Below the pieces are notes generated by a model, which worked only from the letters and a program-made list of their open reading frames with translations, searched no databases and had not been told where the DNA came from. From NCBI RefSeq assembly GCF_009914755.1, contig NC_060929.1: a DNA stretch of 64,000 bases; one strand, given 5' to 3'. Positions 13,144 through 27,768 of this stretch are shown in pieces. Position numbers and translations under genes: made by a program. Numbering within the stretch: position 1 is the stretch's first letter; each line of letters starts with the position of its first letter. This DNA comes from the human T2T-CHM13v2.0 reference genome, Homo sapiens.

Positions 13144-15007
13144 CTGTTATCTGTGATACAGAGAGTTTCACGTAAATAAAATGGTGCTCAGAAAACTATA
13201 CTTCATGAAATTACATTGAAATTAAATGAAATATTTAACAAAGGACACTTTTGTAAAAAATGCATACTACCTCTCAATATATTTTAAAAACAATTAAATA
13301 TTAGATGTGGAATCATCAAAACTCCATTTTGTACATAGAGCATCTGAAGGCAGCTGCTTCATGAGAAGCCACATAATTATTTCTACCTCCTCCAAATATT
13401 TAATTATGACACAATCTCTTATTTTCAAAAATATGTTTTTATATTGTCTTGTTACTGATTTTACTTATTTCACAGTTATCACTTTTATGTCAATAAATGT
13501 TTGATAAAGTTCTAGATTCCAGTCATGGTAAATATTACTCCTGCACAGACATAGACATCAGACCCACAGAAACACACAAAGCCACAGAGAGACACACATA
13601 TACCCCTACACCACACACTGACCAGACAATATGCACACAGAATTAGGTGTACGTAGTGCTTCTCTCACTCTAATGAGGAAAATCAACAGCATAAAAAGGA
13701 GAGCTATGACAATTGTCCTCATAATTTATCTGGTTCACTTCTGACTTCAAAAAGGTGAACAATTATATAATCCAGGACAGATTATTATTTTGCCCTTTCC
13801 GGGGAATTTCACAATCTTCTTTAATCTTTTTAAAATTTTATCATTCTTCGATAGCAAAAAAATTCCTTGTTTCCATCTAATTTAAAGACAATTCTAAAAT
13901 TATGTAGGGGATTATCAGGATGTGTGATGTTGAGTATGATAAGGGTTTATAATTGTGATAAGTAATGATATATTCCTTGCCTATCTCTAGAAAGGATATG
14001 ACTTAATTTTGTCATGAAGAATAAAAATAATTGAGGAAAAACACATTTTTAAAAGATGACAGACACACACTTTTAAGAGGATTTTAAATGATGATAGATA
14101 CATGCTTTTAAGAGTTAATTGCTATAGTTTTCCACTATTGAAAGTCATCTCTTTCCTGAACCTCATTAAAGTCATTAGCACTTTATTTCTTGTGCCACTG
14201 TTGTTTACACATAAGTTTAATATCCCTCTGGATGTTTCCTGATCAGTGTTCAATCAATCTTTGTACCCTTCACAGTATCTTTTATATTACAAATTTTCAA
14301 TAAATTTTTAATACAGCTTTGAACTCCATGGATAGGGAAGGAGGAAAGGAGTTAGACTTAGGTTGTTCTCAGTAACAAAACAACAATAGCAACAAAAGTG
14401 TAAAAGTTCATGTGTAAAACAAATGATTTCCTTCCACTGAAAAAAATGTCCAACAGACCTTCATGTAAGAAGGAATGTATAACTTAATAAAGAATATATT
14501 TAAATATAATTTTCCAAGGAAAAACACAGTGTTCAGATAGATACTTCTTACAAATATTTTATAAAAGTCAAGGATGAAACTGAAAACTTAACTCAGGGAG
14601 GAGGCCACTTTGGTGAATTAACTCTTGACAGGGATAGAACTTTGAAATTATGGAGAGCCTGGTTTTCTTAAATGTCAGTCTCAACAAAATTGATATGTAT
14701 TCAATGAAAGTCAATATATAGTTCAATTCCCTGATGGGTTCACTTAACATTAACTTCTATTTTGTTTCTAAATACACACGTTCCAGACATTTTATTAATT
14801 CACTTTTCTTCACATTCATTTTTTCAGTGGGCACGTGCCAATCATTTAGGTTGAAAATATGAGTTTATGGTTAAAATAGGTGTCAAATTCTAAAAGTTAT
14901 GAGGCAATCTAGGAGTACACATGGTTATGGGATTTAAGATTTAAAAATTTTGAATGAATAATATAGTCAAATGTAACAGCTAATGTGAATAAGACAACAT
15001 CCCACCT

Positions 15008-15493
15008 AGGATGCTTAATATTTTATGTCAACCTGAGTAGGTCATGAAATGCTCAGATTAAACATTATTTCTGGGTGTGCCTATGAGGTTGTCTGCAGAA
15101 GATTAGCATTTGAATCAGTGGATGCAGTAAAGTAGACTGCCCTTCCCAATATGGGTGGACATTATCCAATTCACTGAAGGCCTGAATAGAATCAAAGGCA
15201 GAGGAAGGAGGAATTTACCTCTCCTTTTCTGCCTCACTGTTTGAGCCAAGACATCTCATCTCATTTTCTCCTACCCTCAGACTGGGATTTACACCATTTG
15301 TTCCCCTGGTTCTCAAGCATTCTGACTAAGACAAAATTATACTGCAAACTTTCCTGGGTTACAGGTGCTGGAGAGCAGATGATGGGACTTCTTAGGCTTC
15401 ATAATCACATGAACCAATTCTTCATAATAAATGTCTCTCTCTGGAGATAAATATATATCTTACTGGTTCTGTAGGAGAACCCTAATGAGTACA
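15008..15493 (+). mobile_element. MLT2 (C/D-like) ERVL solo LTR
   Basis: ttttatgtcaacctga...aaacattatttctgggtgtg...ggcctgaatagaa...ggagaaccctaatgagtaca. Confidence 0.88.
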
Positions 15494-15649
15494 TCAATCA
15501 CCTACCAATACTCTTTTTTCCAAGGCAGTGAAATTTAACCTTTGGATTCAAAGACTCTTTGGAGAACTTGATAAAATTATGAGCCATTAACTTAAAGAGA
15601 AACCAACAAATAAAATATGTTATATATCTCTCTTTCTTACCCTTCTCTT

Positions 15650-16092
15650 GGCTTACTATACACTAGCCACAGTAGCCTCTTTGCTGTTTCTTGAATAGCC
15701 AGACCACTTAGTGCCTTGCATTGGCTATTTCATCTGCCATGAACAATCCTCCTGGAATTTTTGGTCTGGCTTATTCCCTCACCTCCTACAAATCACTGCT
15801 AAATGTCACTTTCTCATATGGATGACACCAACCAGATAGACATTTCAAATTTTAATCTCTCCACTACCTTTCACTCTCCAGATCAGCCCTTTTTTTTTCT
15901 ATATTTTTAGCACTTTGTAAATTCTACACCTTTTAGTTTTCTGTTATTTTACTCTTTATTGTATATTCTACCCCTTGAAAACCAGATCCACAAGGGCAAG
16001 AATTTTTGTATAGTTTTTTGTCAATTTCTAGGTCCCAAGTACCAAATTCCCTGGTACACAGTAAATAACCCTAATAATTGTTGAATGAATGA
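15650..16092 (+). mobile_element. L2a 3' end
   Basis: Typical L2a 3' sequence ending ttgttgaatgaatga. Confidence 0.75.
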
Positions 16093-16104
16093 GCGCAGTC
16101 TCAA

Positions 16105-16250
16105 GGAGGCAGTGGAGTACTCTGCCAAAGAACATGATTTTTAGAATCAAAAGGATCTGGACGTCTTGATTCAGCCCCTCAGTGAGCCTGTGGGCAAGTT
16201 GCTTTTTATCTTGGAGCTTTTGTTCCTGGTAAATTATAGAAGGATAATAA
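16105..16250 (+). mobile_element. MIR fragment
   Basis: gaggcagtggagtac...aaagaacatgattttagaatca...tgtgggcaagttgctt. Confidence 0.55.
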
Positions 16251-16839
16251 GAAAGTCGATGGTTATTTGGGATTCAGAACAGAATGCTGTCTCTTCCTAC
16301 TTACCCTTGCCTCTATCAGACAAATTCTAGATTTTTGTGCAGTGTAATATGACAGACACAAACAAAGGCAGAATCATTAGGGCTGGATGAGCAAAACAAT
16401 GAGATGAAAAGACTAACCAATCTAAACCATTAAGTTCTGAGGGGAAAAACACATGAAAGGAAATACAGACAATAGATAGAGGGTAGTTTTAGGAGAGATA
16501 AATTAGGATGAGAATGGGTGAATACGTTTCAGAGAACTTTGAACTGTGAAAATTAAGGTACACTGAGAAATGTTGCTGGAGGTTATGAATCACATGCTTT
16601 TTCATGTTTTGAGGAAAAGAATATAAGGACTGGAATGACTGTCTTTTTCCTTGCAACTATTTGAATTGAGTGATTTGAATCCCACCCAGGGTAATAATGG
16701 ACAGGTATTGATTCCAGAATTCATGGGAATTACACATATAAAATCAATAGCTAAGTGCATCGAATAGTCCATTTTCAAAACGTCCTGGTTATTAACACAG
16801 TATTAAAATACTCATCTGATTTCATGACAACTAGGGCAT

Positions 16840-16965
16840 TGATTTATTCATTTGACACTTATTTATTAAATACGTACTAGCTTCCAGACATTCTGCTTCT
16901 ATTATGGACATAATAAAGAACAAGACAGTTGTAGTTTCTGGATTCATGGAGTTGAAGTTCAGCAA
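16840..16965 (-). mobile_element. L2 3' end fragment
   Basis: atttattcatttgacacttatttattaaatacgtactagcttccagaca. Confidence 0.55.
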
Positions 16966-17375
16966 TAATTATTAAATTGAGATAATTAATATATTTAATT
17001 CAGGAATAATGTCAGGATAGACACATAGATAGGCCTTTACAAATTTTGTTTATGAGTATATTGTGAGCATATACATTTTATTTTTCTAGGGATTGGACCC
17101 TAATGCTATGAATTGATTCTAAGGGCAATTTTTTTACCTTAAAATCTAAACTTTTTCTTCCTTAATGAGAGAAGTTTTAGAGAAATAATTGGTGTCAGAA
17201 ACTAATTACAATTAACTGAGGAGTGAAATAAACGGAAGGTAAAGAAACAAGAGCCCAAGAAGCAAGCAAAAAATAATAGACACTAGTGGAATCAGAGAAG
17301 ATGTTTTGCTTGTTAGTTGGGTCATTTATTTTAAATGGAAAGAAACTGACTATGTTTAAAAGTTGAGAGACAGAC

Positions 17376-17768
17376 TGAATAGTATTCTGCTGTGTATATA
17401 CACAACACATTTTAAAAATTCATTTATCTGTTAATGGGCACTTTGACCATTTTCCTATCTTGGACATTGTTCATAATGCTGCAATGAACATGGTAGTATA
17501 GAGCTCTCTTTAACATGCTGATTTTATTTCCTTTGGTTATATACCCATAACAGGGATTGTTATATCATATAGTATTTTTAGTTTCAGTTTTTGAGGAACT
17601 TTCAGACTATTTTCCAAAATGGCTGTACTAATTTACATTCCCACCAACAGTGTACAAAGGTTTCCTTTTCTCCATATCCTCACCACACCAACATTTGTTA
17701 TCTTTTGTTTTTTTGATAAAAGCCATACTTATAGATGTGAGGTGATAACTGATTGTGGTTTAAATTTG
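17376..17768 (-). mobile_element. L1MA fragment, inverted 5' half of a twin-primed insertion
   Basis: Antisense L1 ORF2 end (aatggctgtactaatttacattcccaccaacagtgt). Confidence 0.88.
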
Positions 17769-17980
17769 ATGATGGTTAATAATAATATGTTATATCTTTC
17801 AAAATAGCTAAAAGAGTAGATTTTAAATGTTCTCACCACAAAAAATGATACTTATTTGAGGTGATAAAGATACTAACTAGCCTGGTTTGTTCATTCCACA
17901 ATGTACACATGTATAGAAACATCACAATTTTTATTTGTCAATTAAAAGTAAGACAAAAAATATTCTAACAAACAAAAAAT
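17769..17980 (+). mobile_element. L1MA 3' terminus (sense half)
   Basis: ttcaaaatagctaaaagagtagattttaaatgttctcaccacaaaaaatgata...tatttgtcaattaaaa. Confidence 0.88.
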
Positions 17981-19447
17981 AAATGGAAAGTCAGGACTTG
18001 CTGTAGAGAGGTGGGATGGGAGTACAGAGAAATATAAAATGGCTAATGAATAAAGGTCTCAGAGAAGGTAGGAGAAATTACAACCATGAACTGAAAGTGC
18101 TCTTTAACCGGGTTTGATATTTTCTAATAAGAATTGAGAATATTTATTTGAAATATTTGCTCAAGTCTGAAGACTAATTCATCTCTGTGACTTCAGATGC
18201 TTTCATCATAGTGTGAAATACTCATTCCGGGTCACTAAAAGAGCCAAACAAATAACCAAGTAAATGCAAACTATTATTTTTATCCAATAGAAATTGGTAT
18301 TTAATCTCCTGAACACTGCTGACCTCTTCCCTAAATTTCTTCTTATAGTCTTATGACTCAGTAAGTTAGATGAGTAGCTAAGTTAATTGATTCATATAAG
18401 AATTGTGTAAATAAATTTCTGCAGTGAAAAAAAAATTGATGAAAGTCCTCTTGATCAACATCCCCAGTCCTAATGCTGCTCTTATTCCTAAGAAGAAACT
18501 ACTTTTCTGAACTTGGTTTGAATTTTTTCTTGCTTTTTTTGTTGTACATGAAAACCTATCAAAGTACTCAAACCATAAATATTGTATTTTAATATTAATA
18601 TATTAATTTAATATAAATATTGTATGAGGGTGGGAAGTTGCTATTATTTTTAATGTAAAAGTAACATTGTGGAATCATCTATATATTTATTATAATATCT
18701 TAGAGAGTTTCCCATATATCTACTTCCTTATTTAAGTAGTTTAGGCTTAATTTAGATATATATTACTATGGTTTATTTAGTTATCTCCTTTATGATTTTT
18801 TCTGTTAGTTTGATTTTTATTTGTTTGTTTTAGAGCTGAAATAAACATTATTGCATACGGCTCTTGGGACCTGTTTGAGGTCATTCTCTTTGTCTTTTTA
18901 TAAAACATAAGAAATATTTTGTACTCTAATAATTGACATATTTTGATTAACTGGAAACTGCTAATCTGGAGTTTTGTAGATCCAATCCTGTGCAAAGCCG
19001 GGGTGAGGATTCACAAGATGAGACATTAACAAGAGAGTGTCAAAGTGGTACAGAAAAAGGGAGCACAAGCCCCATGGTGACTTCAGCTGACAGACTGATT
19101 TGTGGGCATTTTAGGGATCATTCTTGAAACTCCCAGTAACTGAGGACCTGTTAACAATGACTAATTTGTGCCAGTGAAGTTAGCATGAGCTTGGTTGACC
19201 ACAGAATCAGTATAAAAATAAACTGTAAAAATTAGAAGTAGAAGGTAACCAATATCTGCTAAATGCTGGGACATGTGAGATTTACTTATCTTTGAAATGC
19301 AGGTTGAATATTAGAAGATGTTTTAGGGATAAAGGCTTTAAACCAAGAAAAGTCAGAAATCCCAAGAAGTCACTGAAGACCTTAAACTTTTTTTTTTTAA
19401 CATGTAAAAAAAGGGTTCCATTAAAATTATAGTAACCTCTTACTTCT

Positions 19448-19587
19448 TCTTTTTTTAATTCTTTTTTTTTTTTTTTCTTGAGATAGGTTCTCACTCTGTT
19501 ACCTAGGCTGCAGTGCAGTTGTATGATCATAGCTCAACTGCAGTCTTGAACTCCTGGGCTCAGCTGATCGCCCCAACTCAGCTTCTC
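19448..19587 (-). mobile_element. 5'-truncated AluJ/FRAM-like right-arm fragment
   Basis: Poly-T plus Alu 3' end; TSD ttacttct on both sides. Confidence 0.85.
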
Positions 19588-20458
19588 ATTACTTCTATGC
19601 TTTCTAAATGAATCCTATCAAATTCATGTTTTCTCTTAAATAATAATAAAACCTTAAATTTAAGTTTGATATTTAATGACTGTATAACTCTTTGTGGAGA
19701 CAAGCAATCAAGGAAATCAGATAGGGAAGTTCAGAGATTCATTAAGGATTATCTGCAATGACTCACTTGGGACCCAGAACTTGCCCTTCCTTCAAGGGAA
19801 AGGATCTGTCCAAATGCAACCTGCCCATGGGAGCTGAAAACCCCTAATGTCTGCTGTGTCAAGCAGATGACATTTACTTGCAGTCTCTTCAAAACTGGCA
19901 AGTAGGCTCAGCTTGATTCAGATGAGACCCGAAGAATTTATTCTCTGAGGATGAGCCTGTTCTCACTCTTGCCTCATAACAAAGTGTGAGCAGTTTGTAC
20001 AGAGAGAGAGTCCCATTGCTAAGAGACAGTCCCATATCTCGTGTCTGTTTCTGCATCAGACAATGAATGCTCCTTCATTATTTGCCACCAGCTGACCCTT
20101 CTGCCTGGCAGTTCTAGCCTATGCCAAATAACCTGGACGCATGTTTAAAGCAATATGTTAAAGTTGCTCTCATAAATTATTATTGATGCTAGCATTTCAT
20201 TTACTTTCTACATTCAGGAAATATTAATCACCGTTTACTTTCTTACAAATTTCTAAATTCGAATTTACTTTGAAATGTTAAGATATATTTATGATGTTCT
20301 TTTTATAAGTAGTTTTTCTTTCATAGGCAATATTTATCCATCCATCCATAAATTTCTCTGTTCAGTAAGCCATGAAAATACTTGGGACTTACTTTTATGG
20401 AAATACACTAAAGCACTTATCACATAGACAAGAAAGCAAGGAAATTGCTACATACTTT

Positions 20459-20462
<4 letters not shown>

Positions 20463-20507
<45 letters not shown>
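20463..20507. repeat. (GT)n microsatellite, ~22 units
   Basis: Directly visible perfect repeat. Confidence 0.98.
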
Positions 20508-20508
<1 letters not shown>

Positions 20509-23500
20509 TGAGTGATATGGTGGTCTATTTGGGAATGAGGGAGATGTGGTATGCATGGAAAGCTATAAGGAAAAGTTTAGACTATTCATATAGTTAAAAC
20601 TCGACTGTTTATTCCAGGTTTTGTTGACTGCTGCATTATGTGAAAGCATTGTCTTCTTGAAAATGAACAGCCTATGAGCCAGTTTATGAATTGCATATAT
20701 TCAAGCCAACACCAATTACAAGGAAAACAGACTAGCCTGTCTTTCTCCCGTGTGCTGCTTTTACTTAAACAGTCATTCAGGTGGAAAGATGCCAGCCTTC
20801 CTGCCCTGGGGCTTGTTTCATGCACTCACAGATGTCTGGCTCAGATTACAAACATATACAATGGCACTGATGCCAGGCTCAGCCTGGGGATTTCACCGAC
20901 ATCAGAGTGAAACACGAAAGTTTCAATGATCAACTGAAACACGTCAAGGATGGCCTTTGCAAATTTTAAAATAGATCTCCTTACTATCAACTTTCCTAAA
21001 AGGAACCTTCATTAAAAGATCTATATATCACTATAGGATATTTTGGTAGGACAAAAATGCCAAGGGGTGGCAGAAGAATGATTGGTAATGACAATAGGCA
21101 GAACACTCTATTAACCTGACATTGATGGGGAATGATCTGTACGCACATGTTAATTTTACAGATAAGTGAAGCTTAACTTTTCAAGCACTGAAGCTAACCA
21201 TTTTAATAGAAATATTTCTAAAACACATTACACACATTTATGGCTTCTAAAGTGGAATGAATTTAGTGTAGTTTTTCCTATCCATTAAAAGTCAAAGTAA
21301 CTATCTATATGAATGCTGATCTATTCTGTAATATGATGACATCAGATGGAATCTGTGGCCTGGAGAGCTAGAGAAAGGGCTATACACAAATACTTCTCAG
21401 TTTTTTTTTTTTTTTTTTATTCTCAACCAGTCAGTTGTAACTTTTACAATTGTCTGTATTCCTACCCAGAGATCTTCAAGCCCTATTCTAAACTTACTTT
21501 TTCCATATTTGCTGAATCATGAGAAACTAGATAACTATCCTTATTAGAAAAGATAAAATAAGAGTTAAGATAATTAACAAAAGTCTGTATTTCTCTGAGA
21601 GTATACTGTGAGTTAGCTATTCACTCATGTATTCACATAATACATGTTTATTATGTTCACAACCTCTAGGTGTTGAAAATACAAAGAATAAAATGACATG
21701 TGTCCTCAAGAAAGGGAAATCTGGACCAAAAAATTAAAGAAAATAAAATATGACATGTCAATTATTGAAATTCTATTATGGGTCATGAACCTTAGATGAA
21801 ACCACAAAATCTTTTAAACAAAATAAAGCAACTAATATTTTTCTCATTTAATAGACAAAAGGAAACTTAAGTTTTAATAATTTCCTCAATGTCGTAAGTG
21901 GCATAATCAACATTTGAAACTTTGTCTCTCTGCATTTAAAAGGTACTAAGTTTCCCATATACTATGCTCTTTCCCAAGTGCCATTTCCATCCTATTTCTC
22001 CCCACCTACCTTCTGAAACACACAAGGAGTGTGCAAAGTGGTGCCAAAGAGGTGAGATAACTTGCACTAAGCTGTGATACTTATGAGAACCTATCCACAC
22101 TTCTTTCTTTTACTATTGTGCTGACTTGCTGCCGCTTATAAATCTAAGCTTTAATTCAATAGCTTTTCCTTTGTACATCTGCTGTTATCGATAGCTAAAT
22201 TTTATAGAATTAAGACAGCCAAAAAACTGAAATCAAGATAAGAGAGATGGCTGACTTTTGTGGGGCAATCTTCTTCCCAATTGGTTGATTATTATTAACT
22301 TTGCGAAGGCCAAAAAAGAACAAGCATACAGTGGCAACACAGTGGACAGAAGGAAAGCAGCGGGGTCAATAAATACTAGGTACATCGTGCATGCAATCAA
22401 GCTTGTAAAGGATCTGGACCAAGCCATATGGATGGTGAGGAGTTAACTCTAATCATGGTGTTTCGCGGAGGTTCCTGTGGTGAGCTGCTCTGCCCAGAAA
22501 TACACCGCAAGGCAGCAGAGAAGGAGAAGAACCCCAGTGTCAGGGACAACTACCTGGGTATTTAAGGAAAAAAAAATAGACCCTTACTTGCTGATTTAGG
22601 GACTACAAAAAAAAAAGTCAGGAACTGAGACTAGATATTTTCAACTATGAAACATGCTTCTGTGTACACTGTTTCCATTTTTCTTCAGGTTTAGCTTGCT
22701 TACTATTCGTGTAGTAAATGTTGCTTTTTTGTTGTTTTATTTATTTAAAAAAACATTAATAGTAATGTTCAAATGCCTGGTGTTAAGACATTTGCACATA
22801 AAATGCATCCAAATCTGGATTTTTTTCCTAAATCAATTCAAAACATGTTCCAGAATAATTTATGCTCCTAAAAGCTAAGCAAATTACCTAGCATGTAAAC
22901 CATTATAATATTCCCAGTGGCTTTGCCTTCAAGATTAGAGCAAGAATCTTATGCAATACTAAGCTCAATATTTGACGTATCAAATATGGAATCTTCTAAA
23001 ATTTCCCTCATCTCTCCCTATGTTTAGCAGAATGAATGAAAGAAATGGTTCTTGATCTGACATTCAGATCACATCAATAGGATTACAATGTAATAGCCAC
23101 CAAATGGGAGAACAGTGAAGTAACCAGGGAACACTCTAAAGGCTGCTAAGCTTTGTCTTAAGTCAAGTGATCTTTAGAGACTCTTCACCTCATAACAGAT
23201 TAAGTGGAGACACCTTATCACACTACCATCCATCTGAGCCACAGGATGAACTAGGGGTAACGGCCATGGTTATTAGGAGACACTGTGCAATCACAGCAAA
23301 CAGCATCAAGATTTGATAATTATTTATTGTTCTGTTCACATTTACTTGAAAGAAAACAAAGTCCTCTAGAGCAGAGCCAATGAACATTGCTCACAAGAAC
23401 AACAAAAATAAGATATTAATCACACATATTCTAATGCCTCTAGTGAAAGAATGATATGAATAATAGTGATTAATAAGAGGCAACAAACCTTTGAATCCCT

Positions 23501-25330
23501 GTCAGCATTTGTATGCAGCATACTTAAATAATTTAATGAGTTAATATATCCTCCATGAAAGCCTGGAAGCCAGAATTATCTTCAGCAGGGTCACACCTTA
23601 TTTTCAAGAGTTTCCATGCTCTGTGCTAATTCCCTGAATTGTTATGCGGGCTGGAGCTTTTGATTTAATGTTCATTGCAGAACTGAAGTCTAAACATTAA
23701 AACATATCACAACCTAGTGGGCTTTTAGTAAAACACTAGACACACAATGTCAGTTTTGATTGAGTTCTTCTTCTATCGGAGGTAATTTAGTACATGCCAA
23801 CTTACTTAAACAACAACAACAAAATCCTTGTCACCCACGCTGTAATGAAATCTTGGGAGAAAAGCTCTACAAAGAAAACAGGAGATAATACAAAACAAGT
23901 TTATCAGGAAAATGTCAAAGAGGCAACCATGATTGTGAAAGGACATTCTTCTTCTTCTACATAATCTTTGAGTCAGGCAGCACTTACTGCCAAAAAAGAT
24001 AACTTAATAATAATGAATCAGGTTGCTTCCTTTGCAAGAGATATGCCAGTATTAAAATAGGGTCTGGCAGCCAAGTACTGAAAACATGGCAGCACATTAA
24101 AACATGCCATAGAGACAGTAAATGGTCTTGGAGAGACATTTAAGGAGACAAGCTTACAGCATCTAAATTACCCTATGTTAAAACAAATATTTGAGTGGGC
24201 ATAGCAAGAGAGTCTAATTGTCTCCTGTGAAGGCAACAGGCTTTGAATGGGGCCTGTGGGAAGAAACTAGATATAGAGGAAGGCAGGGAATTGATAATCC
24301 AGGTTCTCTTTCCTTCTTCAGCAATTCCTATTTCAAAACTTTTTATTACTACCCTCTATTCTGCAGTTAAGTTTCTGTAATTCTGGTCATTCAGAAAAGT
24401 ATGAGAGGCTAGGTCTGAGTTCTCCTCTAATCCCTTTCTACTATACTCTCATCTTTCATAAGAAGAAATTTCTCTCCAATCACAGATTTTGCAGGCCACC
24501 ATTGCATAGTGAAATACAAGATGCTCTCTGGAGATGGCTTCTGGGAAAGGAAAATGAGAAGAAAACAAAACGCTTTTCCTCATAGATTTCACCTCCTTTT
24601 TCTGAGACCTTTCATATATTCCAACAGCTATAGAAGATGAAGAACAGGCTTGGCCATCCTCTGATAATCTCTGTTACTTTTAAAAACATGTTTTTGGGGG
24701 AAATAATGAACACTTTGAGGGCATTCCTGTTTTCATGTCCTTTATGCACTAACAGAAAACTGCCTCTTCAACCACCATCCCTCTCAAAAAAGAGTGTCTT
24801 TTGCAGCTCTCTGATAAAAACTTTCTCCTTTTTCTCATGAAATCCCACCTCTCCAGGCTTTAGTTCCATGTTCTTACAGCCTATCCAGCTAATTAACATT
24901 TCACTCTTTCCTAACAAACCAACTATTCAATGACATTCACTGAATTTCATATGATTTGATACACAATCTGAACCTCCAATTCAGGACTATGACTGTAACC
25001 TTTCGGTGATACACTCATATTTATTGAGAACATTAACACAAAACACATACTTGATTTACAATTTTTCTTCTGAATGCAACTTTTGGCACCATGTTAGACG
25101 ATGTCTATGTTGTTCTTCATAGAAGCCTGATTTCACAGTGATGGTCCACCCTCCAATCTACTTCAGCTATTGTCTTTCAGGACTTTGACCTGGACCTCTC
25201 ACAGTCCAGAATTACTTTTGCCTCTGAAACCCTGACCGCAACTTTTTAATTCCTCCTATAGGTTTACTCTTTCTACCTCTGTTCTTCATTTCTTCAATAT
25301 CTTCAATCCCTGGATCCTCACTCCTCACTC

Positions 25331-25636
25331 TTTTTTTTTTTTTTTTTTTTGAGATGGAGTTTTGCTCTTGTTGCCCGGGCTAGAGTGCAATGGCTGATCT
25401 CGGCTCACTGCAACCTCCCTCCGCCTCCCGGGTTCAAGCAATTCTCCTGCCTCAGCCTCCCGAGTAGCTGGGATTACAGGCATGTGTCACCACACCCGGC
25501 TAATTTTGTATTTTTTAGTAGAGATGGGGTTTCTCCATGTTGGTTAGGCTTGTCTCGAACTCTTGACCTCAGGTGATCTGCCCACTTCGGCCTCCCAAAG
25601 TGCTGGGATTACAGGCGTGAGCCACCACACCCAGCC
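25331..25636 (-). mobile_element. AluSp-like
   Basis: Full Alu with tttctccatgttgg and ctcttgttgccc diagnostics; TSD cctcact. Confidence 0.95.
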
Positions 25637-27048
25637 CTCACTTTTTTTTAAAGCCTATTCTGATCTGACTCTTTCATGTAGCAAGCACCTGGTTAACTAC
25701 AGGAACTTTTATATTCTACATTATCACACTACCCCTCCCCTGCAAATCATTTCTTTTATCTTCTTTTCAACAATTTTACTTTTCTACATCTGCATTAGAA
25801 AACTTGCACTTTCATGTCTCATAGGCCCCCCAAATTATTCTCCCTATAGAAACATAATTATGTTAATTCAATCACCATATATTTAATTACATGTATTTTT
25901 TACTATACTTGTTAATGCCCAAAAGAATGGGTGTTCTTCCTGTGCTGCTGATACTACACTACAATTTGTCCAGTAATTTTGCAGTTCAAGTGTTCAAAGT
26001 AAAAAATTATATATTTAGCTATACTTCTCTGCTAAAATCTCCACCTCAAGCCATAATCTAGTTCAAGTTTTCCTATCAATTTAAAAATGCTATTTCTGTC
26101 TTCCTCTATCCAAACTCATCAAAATAGTATTTTCCACCTAACCTAATGCTTTTTCTTTCCCAATAGTCTTTGCAAATTTTCTTAAAAAGAAAATTCAATG
26201 ACCTTCTTTAATATATTAGTTTATCACTCTTTATTTCTTGTGATTATTACCCTCAAGCTCTCTCCAGCTTTTCAGAGCATTTTTCTTCACCTCTTTTACT
26301 GGTTGATATCATTTGAACAATGCCCTTGTATGAAGTAGAATTTAACTCACTCAGGTATAGTAATTTTTTTCTCTGTACTGTCTCTCGATACACTGTGTAT
26401 ACCTTCAAGTAATGTTATTTTTTTATTGTCTCCTCTTGCCAATTATCCTACTTACCTTAAAACCTATAAAAAATAGACACCCAATTAACATTTCATTAAC
26501 TTCCAATTAATTTTAACCCCATTACTTACACATATTTCCAGACATTTTATTCAAACGCTAATAAAATCATATGAATGTATTTATGCAATATGAGTTAGCC
26601 ATGCACATTCTAGAGAAAAGTTCTTTTGCTCTCAGATCCTGCACAAGTAACCTCCATAATCAAACTTAAAAATTAACCTTATTCAACAGTAAATTAATTG
26701 CTGGCTATCAGAAAACTGCATACACTTAAAATAATACAACAAATTCCAAACACTGAAAATTATATCCTCCACGATGACTAGCATTCAGTAAAAAATACTA
26801 ATCTCTAGAATAAGTACTTTTTTCATAACTAGGAGGGGGGAAATGCAGACATTATTAAGCAACATCAAGATGACAAGGTGATAAAATTAGAAAGCAAGGA
26901 CATTAAAGTAGCTATTTTTAAAATGTCCAATAACAGAAAATATGGTTATAATGAATAAACAAATGGATAATTTCAGAGGATAATTTAAAATTATTAAAAG
27001 GAAACAACATAAATTTTAAAACAATAATGTGTAAAATAAAAAAATTCA

Positions 27049-27355
27049 GCCTGGCAGAGAAGCTCACGCCTGTAATCCCAGCACTTTGGAAGGCTGAGGT
27101 GGAAGGATCACTTGAGCCTGGTAGTTCAGAACTGGCCTGGGAAACATAATGCAACCCTGTCTCTACAAAAAAAAACAAAACGTAAAAATTAGCCAGCTTT
27201 GTGGTGCACACTTATAGTCCTAGCTATGAAGGAAGCAGAAGTAAGTGGGAGGATCTCTTGAGCCTAGGAGTTTGAGGCTGCAGTGAGCCATGATCAGTAT
27301 ACTGCACTCCAGCCTGGATGACAGAGTGAGACACCATCTGTTAAAAAAAAAAAAA
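27049..27355 (+). mobile_element. AluJ
   Basis: Diverged dimeric Alu (ggatctcttgagcctaggagtttgaggctgcagtgagc) with poly-A. Confidence 0.92.
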
Positions 27356-27388
27356 ATGCTATACAAACATAAAAAACAATTGAAGATG

Positions 27389-27768
<380 letters not shown>

